DNA from: Octopus vulgaris
Taxonomy: Eukaryota
Direction: 5' to 3'
DNA: 64,000 nucleotides
NCBI GenBank assembly: GCA_951406725.2
Contig: OX597819.1
Location: forward strand, 75,392,001-75,456,000
Below, piece by piece: positions 1 to 12,695 of this stretch. How positions within the stretch are numbered: the first letter of the stretch is position 1; each line of letters opens with the position of its first letter. The notes beneath the pieces are model-generated. The model searched no databases and was not told the origin of the DNA. It saw nothing but the letters and a program-made list of their open reading frames with translations. The translations under genes were made by a program, and so were the position numbers.

Positions 1-143
1 AAATACAGCGCCATAAGACTCGCCACGTCGCTTTTGCCCTGCAGTCTCGCCACCAGCCTGATTTTCTGAATCCAGGCCACTACATCGCCTTCGCCGTTAA
101 AAGGTCTGACAACGTCACTGGCGATCCTAATTTTTGCAGACAT
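1..143 (-). CDS. gag: N-terminus of a Ty3/Gypsy gag, running off the window edge
   Basis: Reverse strand from ATG at 143 reads MSAKIRIASDVVRPFNGEGDVVAWIQKIRLVARLQGKSDVASLMALY, a typical Gypsy gag start; lies directly downstream of the LTR at 189-468. Confidence 0.7.
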   Translation of the reverse strand, partial: MSAKIRIASDVVRPFNGEGDVVAWIQKIRLVARLQGKSDVASLMALY

Positions 144-188
144 CGTGTTGAAAAAAAATGTGAATGTTTACGAACTTCCGAAATAGCT

Positions 189-468
189 TGTAGTGAGTGT
201 GTGCGATTTGAATATAGAGGCACCTACCTTCTCTTCGTGGTGATGGAGATCCTCCAGAGATGGCTGGTCCTTCCTCACAGCCCTACCCGAACACTAACAA
301 TAGCAGCTGCTAGCCCCAAACCCTTTAGCGACTTCCTCGCACGTCTTGTCGCCAGCACGACCCACGTTGGAAAGGTCAACTTCCGCCCCCTGCGCACGCT
401 TGACGGCTGACCCCTTCCGCTTGCCCCAGCTTCCGGTCAACGCACCCCGCTGCTGACGTCATCCCACA
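189..468 (-). mobile_element. 5' LTR of a Gypsy element inserted into a PLE RT
   Basis: Minus strand starts TGTGG (468) and ends CTACA (189); followed by a degenerate PBS-like AGCTATTTCGGAAGT and the gag start; interrupts the PLE RT exactly after YSRYI. Confidence 0.65.
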
Positions 469-2314
469 GATGTAACGAGAGTACATTGCTAAGTGGATGT
501 TACGGGTTGCTAGGCACTGTATAAAATGTCTGTCCCACCATACCATGAAGAGGTTTGCAACGTCACCGGCGATCCCTACTCCAAATAGCACTGCCTTTCG
601 TCTGCTTATACAGTTTGTTGTCAAACTTTAAAATATGTGTTTTAAGTGTAATTCTCAGGCTGACACCGATAGCATGTGCGATGGTAGTTCTAATGTGTGC
701 ATTTGAAGGTGGGTAGTCCGGCTTCATCCACCCCTGCCAGCGCTCACAGTGAGTCTTTCTGTATGCTGAGGTAATGGTAGGTGGTCTACCTCGTTTGTTA
801 CGGGTGGGACAAGTATACAGAAGGTCATTGTGCGTCAGGTATTCATTGGTACACGTTAGGGCCAGGAAGAGCCCTAGTTCATATACATCCACATTTTTAA
901 ATATCATATTGCTCTCACTAATTATTTCTATACATTTGTCGATAGCAAAGTCTACATCGATGGAGGGGTATAGTGATACCACATCCATGCTACCTACGAT
1001 GTGGTTCCTGAGGTCACACGTGTTGTTGCATTTGCGGATCCTGCTAAGGAGGTCCTCAGTACTGTCACATACATCCGCAGATAGCTCTATTAATGGTCGT
1101 AGGAATTGTGAGAGAAAATATGATATTTTGTGGTTGTTTGCATTGTTGGCACCACAAACGGGTCGGGTGGGTGGCCCAAGTATATGATCCATGTGGCTCT
1201 TATGATCTTTGCGAAGGCCATATAGGGGTGGGATTTCATTGTTGGTGGTTAAGAAGTTGTTTGCTGTGCGTTTCTCCGACTGGAGAATGATACTCCACAT
1301 CCCCATGTGAGCATTAATGATTTTTTCGTTTTTGATGTATTCGAGTGTTGTAGTTTCTGTCATGTCTCTGATGTGTGGTTGCATGTTTGAAATGTAATTA
1401 GATATGTTGTCAACAGACATTCTACCTGACTTGTCAGTTGGGAAGCATACAATCTCTCTGTTTTTGATACGATTTTTTAATTTGTTAAGGCCTTTCTTAA
1501 TTTTGGTGTCAAGACCGTGGGTCTTATTTATTGATCGTTCTTGTATATGCCTTTGGGTGTAATTAGAGAAAGCTGATAGAAGCTTGGATTTAGTAAGGGT
1601 AAACTTTGCTTCCAAAGCAGCGTCGGTATAGGGTGGCATGCATACTCTTTTGTTGAAGGGTAAGTTGGTAGGGTAGACACTTTTCATGTCAAATGACATG
1701 TCACGTTTATCATAGAAACAACGTATGGAATGGTTATAGTCAGACATGTATTGAGTGTCAGGATTTTGGTTGTGGTTAAAGTGTGTTCTCCATCTAAGTT
1801 TGGTGAAGCATTTTTCAATGTCAGATAGTATTGATATCTTACTAACCTTATTATACGTGGCGAACTTTGGAGGGAGTTCTAAGGCCGCGAGTTCATCAGT
1901 ATCCATTTGTACTCCTCCGTACACTCTTACGTTTCTTGTTAGCTGGTCATCATCTACTGGTTTGTCATTCATAGAGATCCCATCAATCGATTCAGTTTTG
2001 TCAAACTGTTAAGTTGTTGGCTGGTTGTATGGTATTTGTATCGTCCATGTTAGTTTCTCTTCAAAGTGTTGTACGCACCTGTTCCATACGGAGTTACATT
2101 CACAACGGAGTAGTTCTTTTAACTGTTTCATTTCTTGATTATTAAGTAAGTTCTTCACTTTTGAGAGGGCCTCTCGCTTTTCCTTTTCTTTAATGGCAAG
2201 GTGTATGTATAGCTCGGACTTCAGGTTCGTCATTAAAATATGTTTTAGTCTCGACGCTTGTCTCTTCTTTAGGTTTAGTGCTTTGACTGTATTGTAAATC
2301 CTTTTTGGGTACAT
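469..2314 (-). pseudogene. Penelope-like element reverse transcriptase, disrupted and cut at the YIDD motif by the Gypsy LTR
   Basis: ORFs 2009-2314 and 563-1972 are in frame across one TAA. Motifs: LPPKF, PTDKSG, YGLRKDHK, RPVCG, SMDVVSLYPSI, then after a frameshift AIGVGIAGDVANLFM...YSRYI. Confidence 0.85.
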
Positions 2315-2359
2315 ATATTATATATATACATGTATGTATATATATATATATACATGCAT

Positions 2360-3514
2360 ATATATAGAGAATACCAAACGAGTTCCCTATGGATACCGTA
2401 TTTATTACGAGTGGCTTGTAAACGTATCTAACGAGCGAAAGCGAGTTAGATACGTTTACAAGCCACGAGTTGTAATAAATACGGTATCCATAGGGAATGA
2501 GTTTGGTATTTTATTTATTACACACGAATAAACGACCATATTTTATTAACCCAATAACTAAATTCTTCACATTGTGTTGAAGCGCGCATGAATACAGCTT
2601 GATTTCACGTCAGTGATGTCACAATGTGTAACTGTAAAAGATGTCATGCCGCAGGAAGATAGTCCGACTTTATAGCGCTAAGTTTTCACAGAATGTCACA
2701 AAGTTCACTTTTGTTGATAGATTCAATTGGACGCATGTCGCCATTTGTCGCCATGAAAGCAAACAATCGTTTAACATCATAGTTTGTTTTCCGAAGAGTG
2801 TTTTTATTTTGATTACCTTGAACGAATTTGTCTATTCCAGAATGATCATGCCTCGGTTGAAATTCAAGTTCATTATTGCTCTCATCAAAGAAATCGTCAC
2901 GTAGAAGTTTGTTGTACACCTCATCAGGGATGTTAGATCTAGGGTTCGATGACAATCCACTCGTCGATGACACTGTTTCAGGTACCTTTGTTAACCTGTA
3001 TCCAGCAACATGTCGAACTTGGCCAGTATTGATCTTCACTTTGAACATTCAGTATGTTCCAAGAGGTTGAACAACGGATAACACTCTTCCCCCATCTTTA
3101 CCATCAATCTTAACAAAATCATTCACCTTGATATCGACAACAGTAGCCATCTTGTTGATAGATCTACCTGCACTGCAAGAGTATCAACGAGCAGACGAAA
3201 TATGTCGTGATCTTTTTGGCAACAAAAAATTGAATTACCACCAGAAATATTTATATTTTATGTGTATATGACTTTAAGTGATATCTGGTATAAAAAAGAT
3301 AGTATGTTTGTTTAATTACATGGCTACATTCTACCTGCTCGTGAAAGTAATGAATGAAGTTTAGTTGTAACTTATGAATGACAAAAGTAGTGCCGTCACT
3401 GTGACCTCGGGTCATCACCATGGATTGACCAATCAGAAGCAGCGCTCGCAGTATCTGACATATGTTAGATACCAAAAATATCTCAGTGTTCTCACTCACA
3501 TGTGTGTAATAAAT
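2360..3514 (-). mobile_element. Non-autonomous Crypton-like (DUF3504/ZMYM-type tyrosine recombinase) element with terminal hairpin
   Basis: ORF 2686-3048 contains FVQGNQNKNTLRKTNYDVKRLFAF...RPIESINKSELCDIL, resembling the N-terminal part of Crypton-type recombinases; catalytic part absent; 13-bp inverted repeat ATTTATTACACAC at 2513-2525 and 3502-3514; flanked by (TA)n. Confidence 0.6.
2370..2510 (+). repeat. About 140-bp hairpin with a GC-GAAA-GC apex
   Basis: Arms AATACCAAAC...TATCTAAC and GTTAGATA...GTTTGGTATT are reverse complements apart from GA/GA mismatches and a small bulge. Confidence 0.95.
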
Positions 3515-3524
3515 ATGTATATAT

Positions 3525-3588
<64 letters not shown>

Positions 3589-3589
3589 T

Positions 3590-5620
3590 ATGCGTGCCAC
3601 CATTTGCTTCAATCTCTCTAAACTACATACCATCAACTGCCTTCTCCCTCCTGCTTTTTCCATCTTTTTCTCCTCTCTGCCGCCCTTCCATGCTCACAAC
3701 ACGTTGCGCTTCATTATCCATTTAAATCACCTCTTTCATCAATTTCTTTCCAATACCAAACTTCGTAAACTCCAATCACTCCTCCATTCCATCACACCCG
3801 ATGCCACTACCCTTCTCCCCCTGATAGGCTCCACCCACCCACACCTAACCCCACTGTCCATCCTAACATTCCGTGACATACCACCCACAAACCGGCCAAC
3901 AAGGGTGGAGCTGTGGTGGTGTGGCGCGCAACCCTAACCCTCCTTCTACTCCCCTCTGTCCTCTGACCCCATGCTTAGCTACCAACAGATGGTCTCCTCT
4001 ACTGTCCACGACCTCATCTCGTCCTCCTGTCTCCCCTACACCGCATCCAACCTCATTGTCCAAACCCCACGCACTCCCACCATTTACTTCCTCCCCAAAA
4101 TCCACAAACCCAACAACCCTGGCCACCCCATCATCTCCGCCTGTAACTACCCCACCGAGCTTATCTCAAAATACCTCGACTGTGTCCTTGCCCCCTTAGT
4201 GGCGTCTCTTCCCTCTCATGTCCACGACACCAACTATGCTCTCCGACTTTTCAACTCTTTCTCCTTTCTTCCTGGCTCCTCCAAACTCCTCTTTACAATG
4301 GACATCCAGAGCCTCTATACCGTCATCCCTCACCACGAAGGACTGCGTGCACTTCAACACTTTCTTGACCTCCGCCCCAACCCCGAACCCAACACCTCCA
4401 CACTCATTTTCCGAACTTGTCCTTTTTCTTAATTGCTTCTCATTCGCGGGCGAGTTCTACCACCAGGTCTCAGGAGTGGCCATGGGAATGCGAATGGGCC
4501 CCAACTATGTGAACTTGTTCATTGGCTATGTTGAGGCCCAAATATTCTCTAGTTTCACTGGTCCCACTCCTGAACTATACTGTCGTTATATTGACGACTG
4601 TATCGGTGCCACCTCACTCTCCCGCGAACATCTAGACTCCTTCCTCTCTTTCGTTAAATCCTTCCATCCTGCCCTCCACTTCTCCTGCACTATCTCCAAC
4701 ACCTGTCTCCTTTCTTGACATTTCGGTCAGCATTCTTCACTCCATTCATTACAAGCACAGACTCATACTCATACCTAAACTTCTCTTCCTCCCACCCCAA
4801 ACACACCAAGCTTTCCATCCCCTATTCCTAATTCCTCTGTCTAAGCAGGCTCTGTAGTGACGACCATGACTTTGAGACTCAGTCTCAACTCATGGCTTGC
4901 TACTTCATCCTACGTGGATACCCCCTCACCACTATCCACACCACCCTTACCAGAGCATGTTCCGTAGACTGTGCATCTGCTCTCGCCCCCTGAACCCGCC
5001 CTGCAGTCTCCCGCCTCCCTTTTCCCCTCACCACCCCACCACCCTACCTCTCCAACACACCATTCTTCGAGCTTTCCGGCATCTCCAGTCCGACCTGTCC
5101 ACTTCACACCTCTTCCCTATCCGACCCCTCCCCTCCTGCAAACGAGCCCATAACCTACGAGACCTCTTGGTCCACAGCTTCTTCCCCAACCCTACCTCCC
5201 AACCTGGCTCGTTCCCCCTGCTCCCGCCCACGCCGCCGCATTTGCCCTTACCTCTCCAACACCACCCTCCTCACCAGCACCCATTATCGACCCTATCGCA
5301 TCATCAACGCCTTCACCTGCACTTCCAGCAATATCATCTATTGCATCTCCTGCTCTCTCTGCCATTCCCTGTACATCGGACAAATGGGACGCCGCTTGGC
5401 TGACCGGTTCGCGGAACACCTCCAAGATATCCGCCTCGCCAATGACACTCCAGTCTCACGCCATTTCCGCTCCTGTCTGTGTTCGGATTGTCCTTGCACA
5501 GAGGCCATCCGGATTCCCGCTTGCGCCCTGAACAGGGATTAATCTTCTCCTACGCCATTTGGGCTCAACTCTCCCCCTCTTTTCATCTAACCTCCTCCCT
5601 GACTCCTACTTCTCTTCACT
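3590..5620 (+). mobile_element. C-rich Neptune-like PLE (RT plus GIY-YIG endonuclease), frameshifted
   Basis: YFLPKIHK, TMDIQSLYT, GVAMG-RMGPNY, YCRYIDDC; endonuclease FTCTSSNIIYCISCSLCHSLYIGQMGRRLADRFAEH around 5310-5420. Confidence 0.9.
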
Positions 5621-5835
5621 CCTACATCTTTTCACCCCTACTCTCTTTCCCTCTTCTTCCCTCTTTCCCTTCTTTCCTTCTTTCCCTTCTTACCTCTTCT
5701 TCCCTTCTTTCCCCTTCTTTCCTCTTCTTCTCTCTTCTTCCCTCTTCCCCTCTACTGTCTTTCCCTCTTCTCCCCTTCTCCCTTCTCTGCTGCCTCCCTC
5801 CCCTTCTCTCCCCTCTCCTCTCCTCCCCCCACCCC
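5570..5835 (+). repeat. Polypyrimidine (CT-rich) low-complexity tract at the PLE 3' end
   Basis: Almost only C and T. Confidence 0.9.
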
Positions 5836-5999
5836 CAAGGTTGTCATGTCTTTTTTTTTGCATTCTTTCTGTACCAGCATACTACATTCACTAACTATAT
5901 AAGTAACACTTTCTCTCTCTACAATAACGCTATCTGCAGGCGACATGACACATAAAATTCCCAATTTAAAAAGTTTTTGGTAAATTCTCAATTGCAATT

Positions 6000-7180
6000 T
6001 CGAAGTTAGAAATTTGCTGTACTATAATCATATACTGTATCATGAAATAACAGATATAAACAACACAACAGTTTCATTCTTCTCATGAGGAGAATATTGT
6101 AGTTAATACAAATCGATGCAAAATCATACCTTGGGGTTTTAAGTATCCCGACTGGCAAGAAATAACTTCTAACCCTGTAATCACAAAACGTATTTTCATT
6201 AGTACTCATATTATTACTCTGTTTCTTATCATTACATTCAGTATAATTGCTACTTGCCATTTTATCTACATTCAAGAGGATGGGATTTAACATGGTTTGT
6301 ATCCCCTTGCACACTAGATGTCTCAAATTTACTTTCATTACTAAAGTTTATTCCATTAGTATTTTATGGTGTTTACTCCTGTTAAAATTATTATAAAAAT
6401 TAGATAATTTTCTTTCATTAATTGAAGATATGATCTGGCATAAATTTATTAGATATGGAATAACCAATTCTAAGAAGCCTAGGGATAATAATATCATAAT
6501 ATCTATTTTTCTTTGTAAAATGCTTAGAGAAAAGTTCGTATAAGGTTCCAACCAAATTACCCTTAATTTGCTTAGTGAATGGAACTATGAACCAAACAAT
6601 GCCGTTTTTACCAGGAGATGCATCATAATTTTCAAATTTTCAAGCATTATTGAATATATAATGAGTTTGTTTTTTTATCCTGTTATTTGTATTCCTGATA
6701 ACATAAGGATGACTAGAAGAATGAAGTAATACATTGATTCTCATATTTTGTATATCATTTTTCACATTTGGACATTTAACCTTACCTACCCTATGCTTAT
6801 TTGTATTTCTGGCTATTTGTTTAAAATCATTGCTAATATAGAAAACATCATGTTGGAGAATCTGATGCCCATATTTTTAGGATAATATTTCAATTTTTGT
6901 TTGTATCCAGCTTTACTAAGTGCCATATTAAAGTAGTCTGTATTTTTGTCAAAAATATCCTTATTAGACGATAAATTAGAAATATTACGTTTCCAAATAT
7001 CTCAGAGAGATATAAGCAGTAGTGGTACGATAGAGCAGTTGTATACTGTCAACTTAACGTGACAGTTCCATGAAGGGAATCACACCACTGCTATTTAGCC
7101 CTAGGAAGCATCAATGCTTCCTGTCGGCCTTGACACATCCAGAGACTAGTTTCTGAGTCTTGCTCGTCATCAGTCTGGAG
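6000..7180 (-). pseudogene. Decayed Naiad-like PLE remnant (thumb and linker)
   Basis: Reverse strand near 6900-6990 reads RNISNLSSNKDIFDKNTDYFNMALSKAGY, homologous to the PLEs at 25-45 kb; a hammerhead lies upstream. Confidence 0.7.
7138..7179 (-). ncRNA. Minimal type I hammerhead ribozyme
   Basis: tccaga CTGATGA cgag-caaga-ctca GAAA ctag TC tctgga: 6-bp stem I, palindromic stem III. Confidence 0.8.
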
Positions 7181-7519
7181 TAGCATGGCTTTTTTCTTTA
7201 TTATAGGCACAATGGCCTGATTATATCGAGGGACATAACAAGACAATTGGGAACATAAAAGAAATGATGTATGATTGATGGAATGATTAATAAATAATGA
7301 GAATGAGATGGTTTGACTCACTCCTGCTGTGAGATGAACTGTGAACTTTTTACATTAATTCTCAATACCATCGGGTCTCACTGTGAGATGAAACCACGAT
7401 GGTCTTCTTATCATTATCGTATAAAATGTATCAATTTCTTTATTACCCACTGGTGGCCAAATATAGAATTGGACAAAACAACTGATGGGATCAGTGAAAC
7501 GGTATGAGTTTACATATAA

Positions 7520-9085
7520 TATGGTTTTAATGTTTTAATACAATATATGAAAATCGAATGAAATAAACAATACAAAAGACAATACAAATGAAGCGATGAT
7601 CAGGTCATGCTCTGACCCCAGAAGCCCCGATCTACCGCTGGTACCTTTTTCTTTTTGACCAGTCTATTCACAAGGTTCCTTGCACGCCCAACACTCGTGC
7701 AACATGCTTCCATCTCTTTTGGAACGTACACTCCGACAGATACTTCTCCAGCCACAGCTTCTTTTTCAAATGAAAAGAAAAGAAAGATCGTAAATTGTGA
7801 CCAGAGATAAAGTTGTCTGTCTTAATTCCTTTTACCCTAGTCTTCCATACTGCCTTTTTTGCTATTGCTACAACCGTGAGAAAGCAATTCTTACCTTCGT
7901 TCGTTAGAACTCCCGGTGGGTCAGTTTTTATAATTGACTCAGTCGACAGCTGTACTCTTCCTTCGCCGGACAACAGGTGTTCAGCATAAGCCCACATTTC
8001 AGTTATCTCCGGACACTGAACAATGGCGTGAGGGATGGTTTCCCTGTCCCCCTGCATCTTGGAAAGGTTGGTGACTGACGTCCACCATGTCTTGCGAGCT
8101 TATCTCGAACGGGCAAGGCACCTCTGTAGCATTGCCAGGTTAAGGACTTTTGGAAATTGTCCAACGTTCTCAACCCGAAAGTACGGTAAAACAGGCTGTC
8201 CAGTTGAATAAATCCGAGATCTAGAGTCGACCCCAGGCCATCGTCGCATTTAGACTATCAACCCACTATATAAAAACCGTGTGGAACCCCTGCTGCTGGC
8301 ACTGCCCGAGTGCCGGAATAGCAAGAGGGCCTTACGGCACTCTTTATGCCACTCACTCAACCTCGATCTACAAGAACACCAGGATTCCTCTTCACAAAAA
8401 CTTTTGAACTCAGGGAACATTTGTCTGGCTAGCGGCGACCATACCCGTTCACTATCCAGGAGAGTCCAGAGGTGCCTCAATCTCAACGCATGTCTGCACA
8501 TCATTAACCAAGGCATCCCTAAACCTCCCTTTAGAGGCTTTTGGCAACAGACAGAGCGTTTCACAAGTGGTGACTTGCCCTCCCACAAAAAGCAGAAGAG
8601 CTGGCTCTCCAACTTGGTCAACCACGACGGTCAGGCAGTAGGTAATGACCAATGCGATAAACACATTGGCCACCTCTGCCCTCCCTTTCAGGGATAGCCA
8701 CCGCCAAGACCAGGTCTCGACTACTGCAACCACGCTGCTCAATACCTCCGTCTAGTTCTTCTCTATCTGGAAGCCTGGTCCAAACCAGTCTCCCAGCAAC
8801 TTAACCAGTCCCTCCGTCCAGCGCCCAACAACACTGTCTGAAGGCATTGACTTGCCAACCCAGGTGTCGAGCTGCAAGCCGACTGACTTTTCCCGGTTAA
8901 TCTTTGCTCCTGCCACCTCCTTGTAAGCCTCAGTAGTCTTACCCACTTCATGCAGGTGTGCTACTGATGTTATGCTGATAGTCATATCATCTGCATAAGC
9001 TGTAACAAACTCCTCTAGTCCTGGTTCTCTCGGGATGCTACTCAACCTTCGCAGTAATGGCTGGAGAGCCATCATATGTAAAAGT
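7520..9085 (-). mobile_element. 5'-truncated Tx1/L1-clade LINE ORF2 remnant
   Basis: TAYADDMT, GAKINREKS, LSLKGRAEV, KGGLGMP and the C-terminal Zn-finger remnant ETIPHAIVQCP; several stops and frameshifts. Confidence 0.85.
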
Positions 9086-9419
9086 GACCTGTTGTGGACG
9101 GTAGTAGTGATTGAATTCCTGAAACATCTCTTTTGAATGTTTTGTTTATAAAATTTGTGTAGGTGTTATCCTAAACAGCAATAGTGGTACAGTTAGGAAT
9201 GAGGTGGCGGAGAGGAAGAAGAAGAGAAGGGTGACTAAGAAGAAATGTAGGTAGTATGATAGTAGTAAGATGTTAAATGGTCAAGTGACCTAAAAGTGGC
9301 TCGTTATGGATTATTGCAGTGATTGGTACAGTTTTTTAATGAATTCTTGGGAATCTCTTGAGTGTATCATTTTTAATATTTGCATGTGTGTTTGTGTTAT
9401 TCTAAGGCCGTGGTGGATA

Positions 9420-12330
9420 TGTCATTTGTTGTAGACGTGTTCAAAAGGGTTCTGTATTTTGTAATAGAATCTCTTTACTAATTCGTTGGCTACAGGTTGT
9501 ATCGTCCCTGAATTAGGGGAAAAATTCTGAAGCTTAGATTTTTGTTATTTGCACCAATGTGTATGTGTTGGCTGAATGCTATTTTTCTGTTTTGGGAAAT
9601 TTTGATCTGGGATGTGTGTAGAGCCATTCTTTTATGTAGACTGTGTTTTGTTTGGCCTATATATTGCTCTTGACACCCAGAGAAGGTTAGTGTGTATATC
9701 AGGTTCTCCGAAGCACATGTGAAGTTGCTTTTCACTGTGGAACGTTGTCCCTGTTTGAAGGAGAACTCTGATCCCTCAATTAAATTGACGTATATTCCAC
9801 AGTTGGGTCTTCCGTATTTTTTTTACTGACGGCTTCTGTGTTGTTGTTGAGCATATTCAGGCTTGTGTTAAGAGACTTTTCATAGATTTGGATTGTCGTT
9901 TGCTTTTTATGATGGTGTGTGTTTGGAGAATTAAGTTCATTCTGTGGTCCTTTTTTAGCAGGGGAATGTTTTGAAGGCTGGTGTTGAAGGCTTCATTGTT
10001 GAGAAGGTTGTGTGTGGAGATGTATGGTAGGGCTTTTGCTTGTAAATCCTTCTTTAATTTGGGATGTCTGAATTCCTGGATGTTGAGTTGAAGGGCACGT
10101 TGAAAGCATATGTCAATTAGTGAAGGTGGGTAGTTCCTGGCGATGAGTGTATCCTTTAGTTTATGTAGTCGTGTGTCTCTGGTGTTTACATTAGAAGCTA
10201 TAGTACATATCCTTTTTGCTAGGTTGAAGGGGATGTTCATTCTGGTATGTCTGGGGTGGCATGAGTTGAACGTTAGATATTGCTTGGAGTCTGTAGGCTT
10301 ATAGTATATATCTGTTTCTATTACGTTGTTAGATTTCTTAATGAGGATGTCGAGGAAGGGAAGTTGTTGATGGCTATATTCCATCATGAATTGAATGTTT
10401 ACGTCAAGTCCATTTATAAGTGCTTGGAATTCTTTAAGTTTCTCTATATTTTCATGCCAAAGAATGAAACAGTCATCCAGGTATCTCTTCTAGTTATTTT
10501 CTATGTAGAGGGAGAATGGGCTGCCGTATTTTTCTCGAACCTTATGATAAAGACCAATTTCTAGATATCCCATGACTAGGTTAGCAAAGGAGGGGGCCAT
10601 TCTCGTACCCATCGCAGTCCCCAATTTTTGTCGGTAGGAGTTGTCTTTGAAAACGAAGTAGTTATTTTCCAGGGTGAATTTTAGCCCTTCTATCATGAAT
10701 TCTTTTTTGTTGCGATGTGGGAGTTTGTTGGCATAATTCTCGAACCAGAATTGAATTGCCTCTATTCCTAGGTTGTGGGGCATATTGGAATAGAGGTTGA
10801 TTACATTGATTGATACTAGTAGGGTGTTTTTGTTTATTTTAGGAAGGTGATTGAGCATATCCATGTTGTCCCTTATATAATAAACCTTTACATAAATAAA
10901 TAACGTGAAATACACGAAGGGACGAACAAAAAGACAAACGGGTCATTCAAAGCCTTCATTCTTCAGTCAGAAACTGATCCCTCATCGCAGGTTTCGGCTG
11001 TTTAATTCTGAGATCCGCTCTGAATCAGCCAGCCACAGAAGGAAAGAATGCAACGCAACAGACGAACATGAAATGAGAGAAAGGGAGAGAAGGAATCAGA
11101 GAAGAAGCAGTGACCAAGAGAGAGAGAGGGAGAGAAGGAATCAGAGAGGCTGGGAAGCTTTTGACATGCTTGAGGAATGACTTTAAGAGGGTATCTAAAA
11201 AGTTACTGCTATTATAGGTCTCAATTTGAGGTCATTCGGAGTAGGGACTTTAATTATTATGTCTGTAGCTATCTTGCATGCGTTACTTATTTTCTCACTT
11301 TTGTATATCTTGAGAATACCATAGAATTGACTGGTTTTACTTTTGAAATTGGTCATATAGTCATATTCTTTGTTGGTGAGCCCTTCTTTGTATAGGTTTA
11401 ACATGGATTTTAGGTCTAAGACAACTGCACTCTCTTTATCAGCCCCTTTGATTGTTATTGTTTTGTCATCTTTTAATTTGTTCAGCTCAGCCCATTCTTT
11501 TTTGCTGAAGTTTGGTTTGTTTTTGTGCATATGTTGATATGGGTAATTCGAGATGTGTTCACAGAAATGATCAAGAGTTTTGTTCTTATCTTTTGAGGGA
11601 GTGTAGTTACTTCTATTTCGGACCAATGATTCATCCTCATTTTTGTCGTATAGCTCCTCAGCGAGTCGTAATTTTCTACAGAATTCCGTGATGTCTTCTT
11701 TCATATCATTGTAGTTGGAGTGTTGTGAGGTGGGTGTAAACTTGGGCCCTTTAGAGAGTATATTGATTTGGTTTGCTGTTAGTACTTTGTGAATTAGATT
11801 CATAATTTTTATCACTTTTGGTTCCTCCTGCCTGTTTGGTGCTATCTTGTGTCTCTGTCTTTGTGTATTGGGTCTAAAAAATGATTGTGCTGGTTGAGGC
11901 AGTAGCTATTATGTAGTTGTTCCTTGTTGTTGCAGGGTGCTCTGTTGTGATTTATGGTGTGAGTTCTTGGAACGGTATTGAAAAGTGTATCCCGATATCC
12001 CATGTTCGGATGTGGTGTTTTAGGGGGCCGTCGTTGGTAATTATTGCGGGTTGTGCATGGTTGTTTAATAGATTGTTGGAACAAAAATTTTGTTGGTAAT
12101 TCCTTATGTGGGGGAGGAGGCTGCAACGTCTATCCTGCAGGTAGTGATTTTTCCTTTCTGTTTGAAGTTAGAGTACTCGTGATATTGTATCACTGGAGGC
12201 TTACAAAGTTAGGGTTAGGTCCTGTATTCTTTTTTTGGTAGGGGTGATGGTTCCTATTTTTAGACAGGTGTGAATCAGTGTTTGAGTGTTGTTTTGATTT
12301 TCTTATTTTTAGGAAAGGGTTGTTACTAGA
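9420..12330 (-). mobile_element. Degenerate two-ORF PLE (copy A), related to 12988-17972
   Basis: SKGPKFTP, GTAMGTRMAPSFANL, PFLD, YKPTD, FTCASENLIY..YIGQT; interrupted by an unrelated insert at about 10890-11215. Confidence 0.85.
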
Positions 12331-12614
12331 GAAATTGTTAAAGTTTGTATTGGTATAGGTTTTGAAATGAAAGGTAGAGAGGTAAGAGTTTTAAAATTAT
12401 TTTTCTTTGGTAAGGTTTTTTGTATGATTTGTCATACATTGGGCACTAATGTGTTAAAAGAAGTGTTGATGCTTATTTTCTCCATTCTTTGGTACTCTGC
12501 CTTATTTGCTTGTTAAAAAACTTCAATTATTATAAAAGTGAGTTTGGAGGAATATATTATCCAGGCAGATACCATATTAGCTCTCAATTAAGTTTCAGTT
12601 AACAGCTAACCACA

Positions 12615-12695
12615 ACCCTGATGAAGCTGCATTGACAATATTGCAAGACTGCATTTGCAAAATGAGTAGTCGCTGTAGCAGAAACACTTGTAGGT
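12615..12695 (+). ncRNA. Degenerate hammerhead ribozyme in a solo PLE terminal repeat
   Basis: acc CTGATGA agctgca...tgtagca GAAA cacttg TA ggt; adjacent imperfect inverted repeat 12539-12615 / 12889-12963. Confidence 0.6.

Noticed and set aside
358-372. CCAACGTGGG resembling a tRNA-Lys primer-binding site
   Set aside because: Lies inside the inferred LTR and lacks the leading TGGCGC.
10890-11215. Insert in PLE copy A with CTGAAGA and GAAA on the minus strand, as a possible hammerhead
   Set aside because: Order and pairing of the motifs did not give a convincing three-stem fold.
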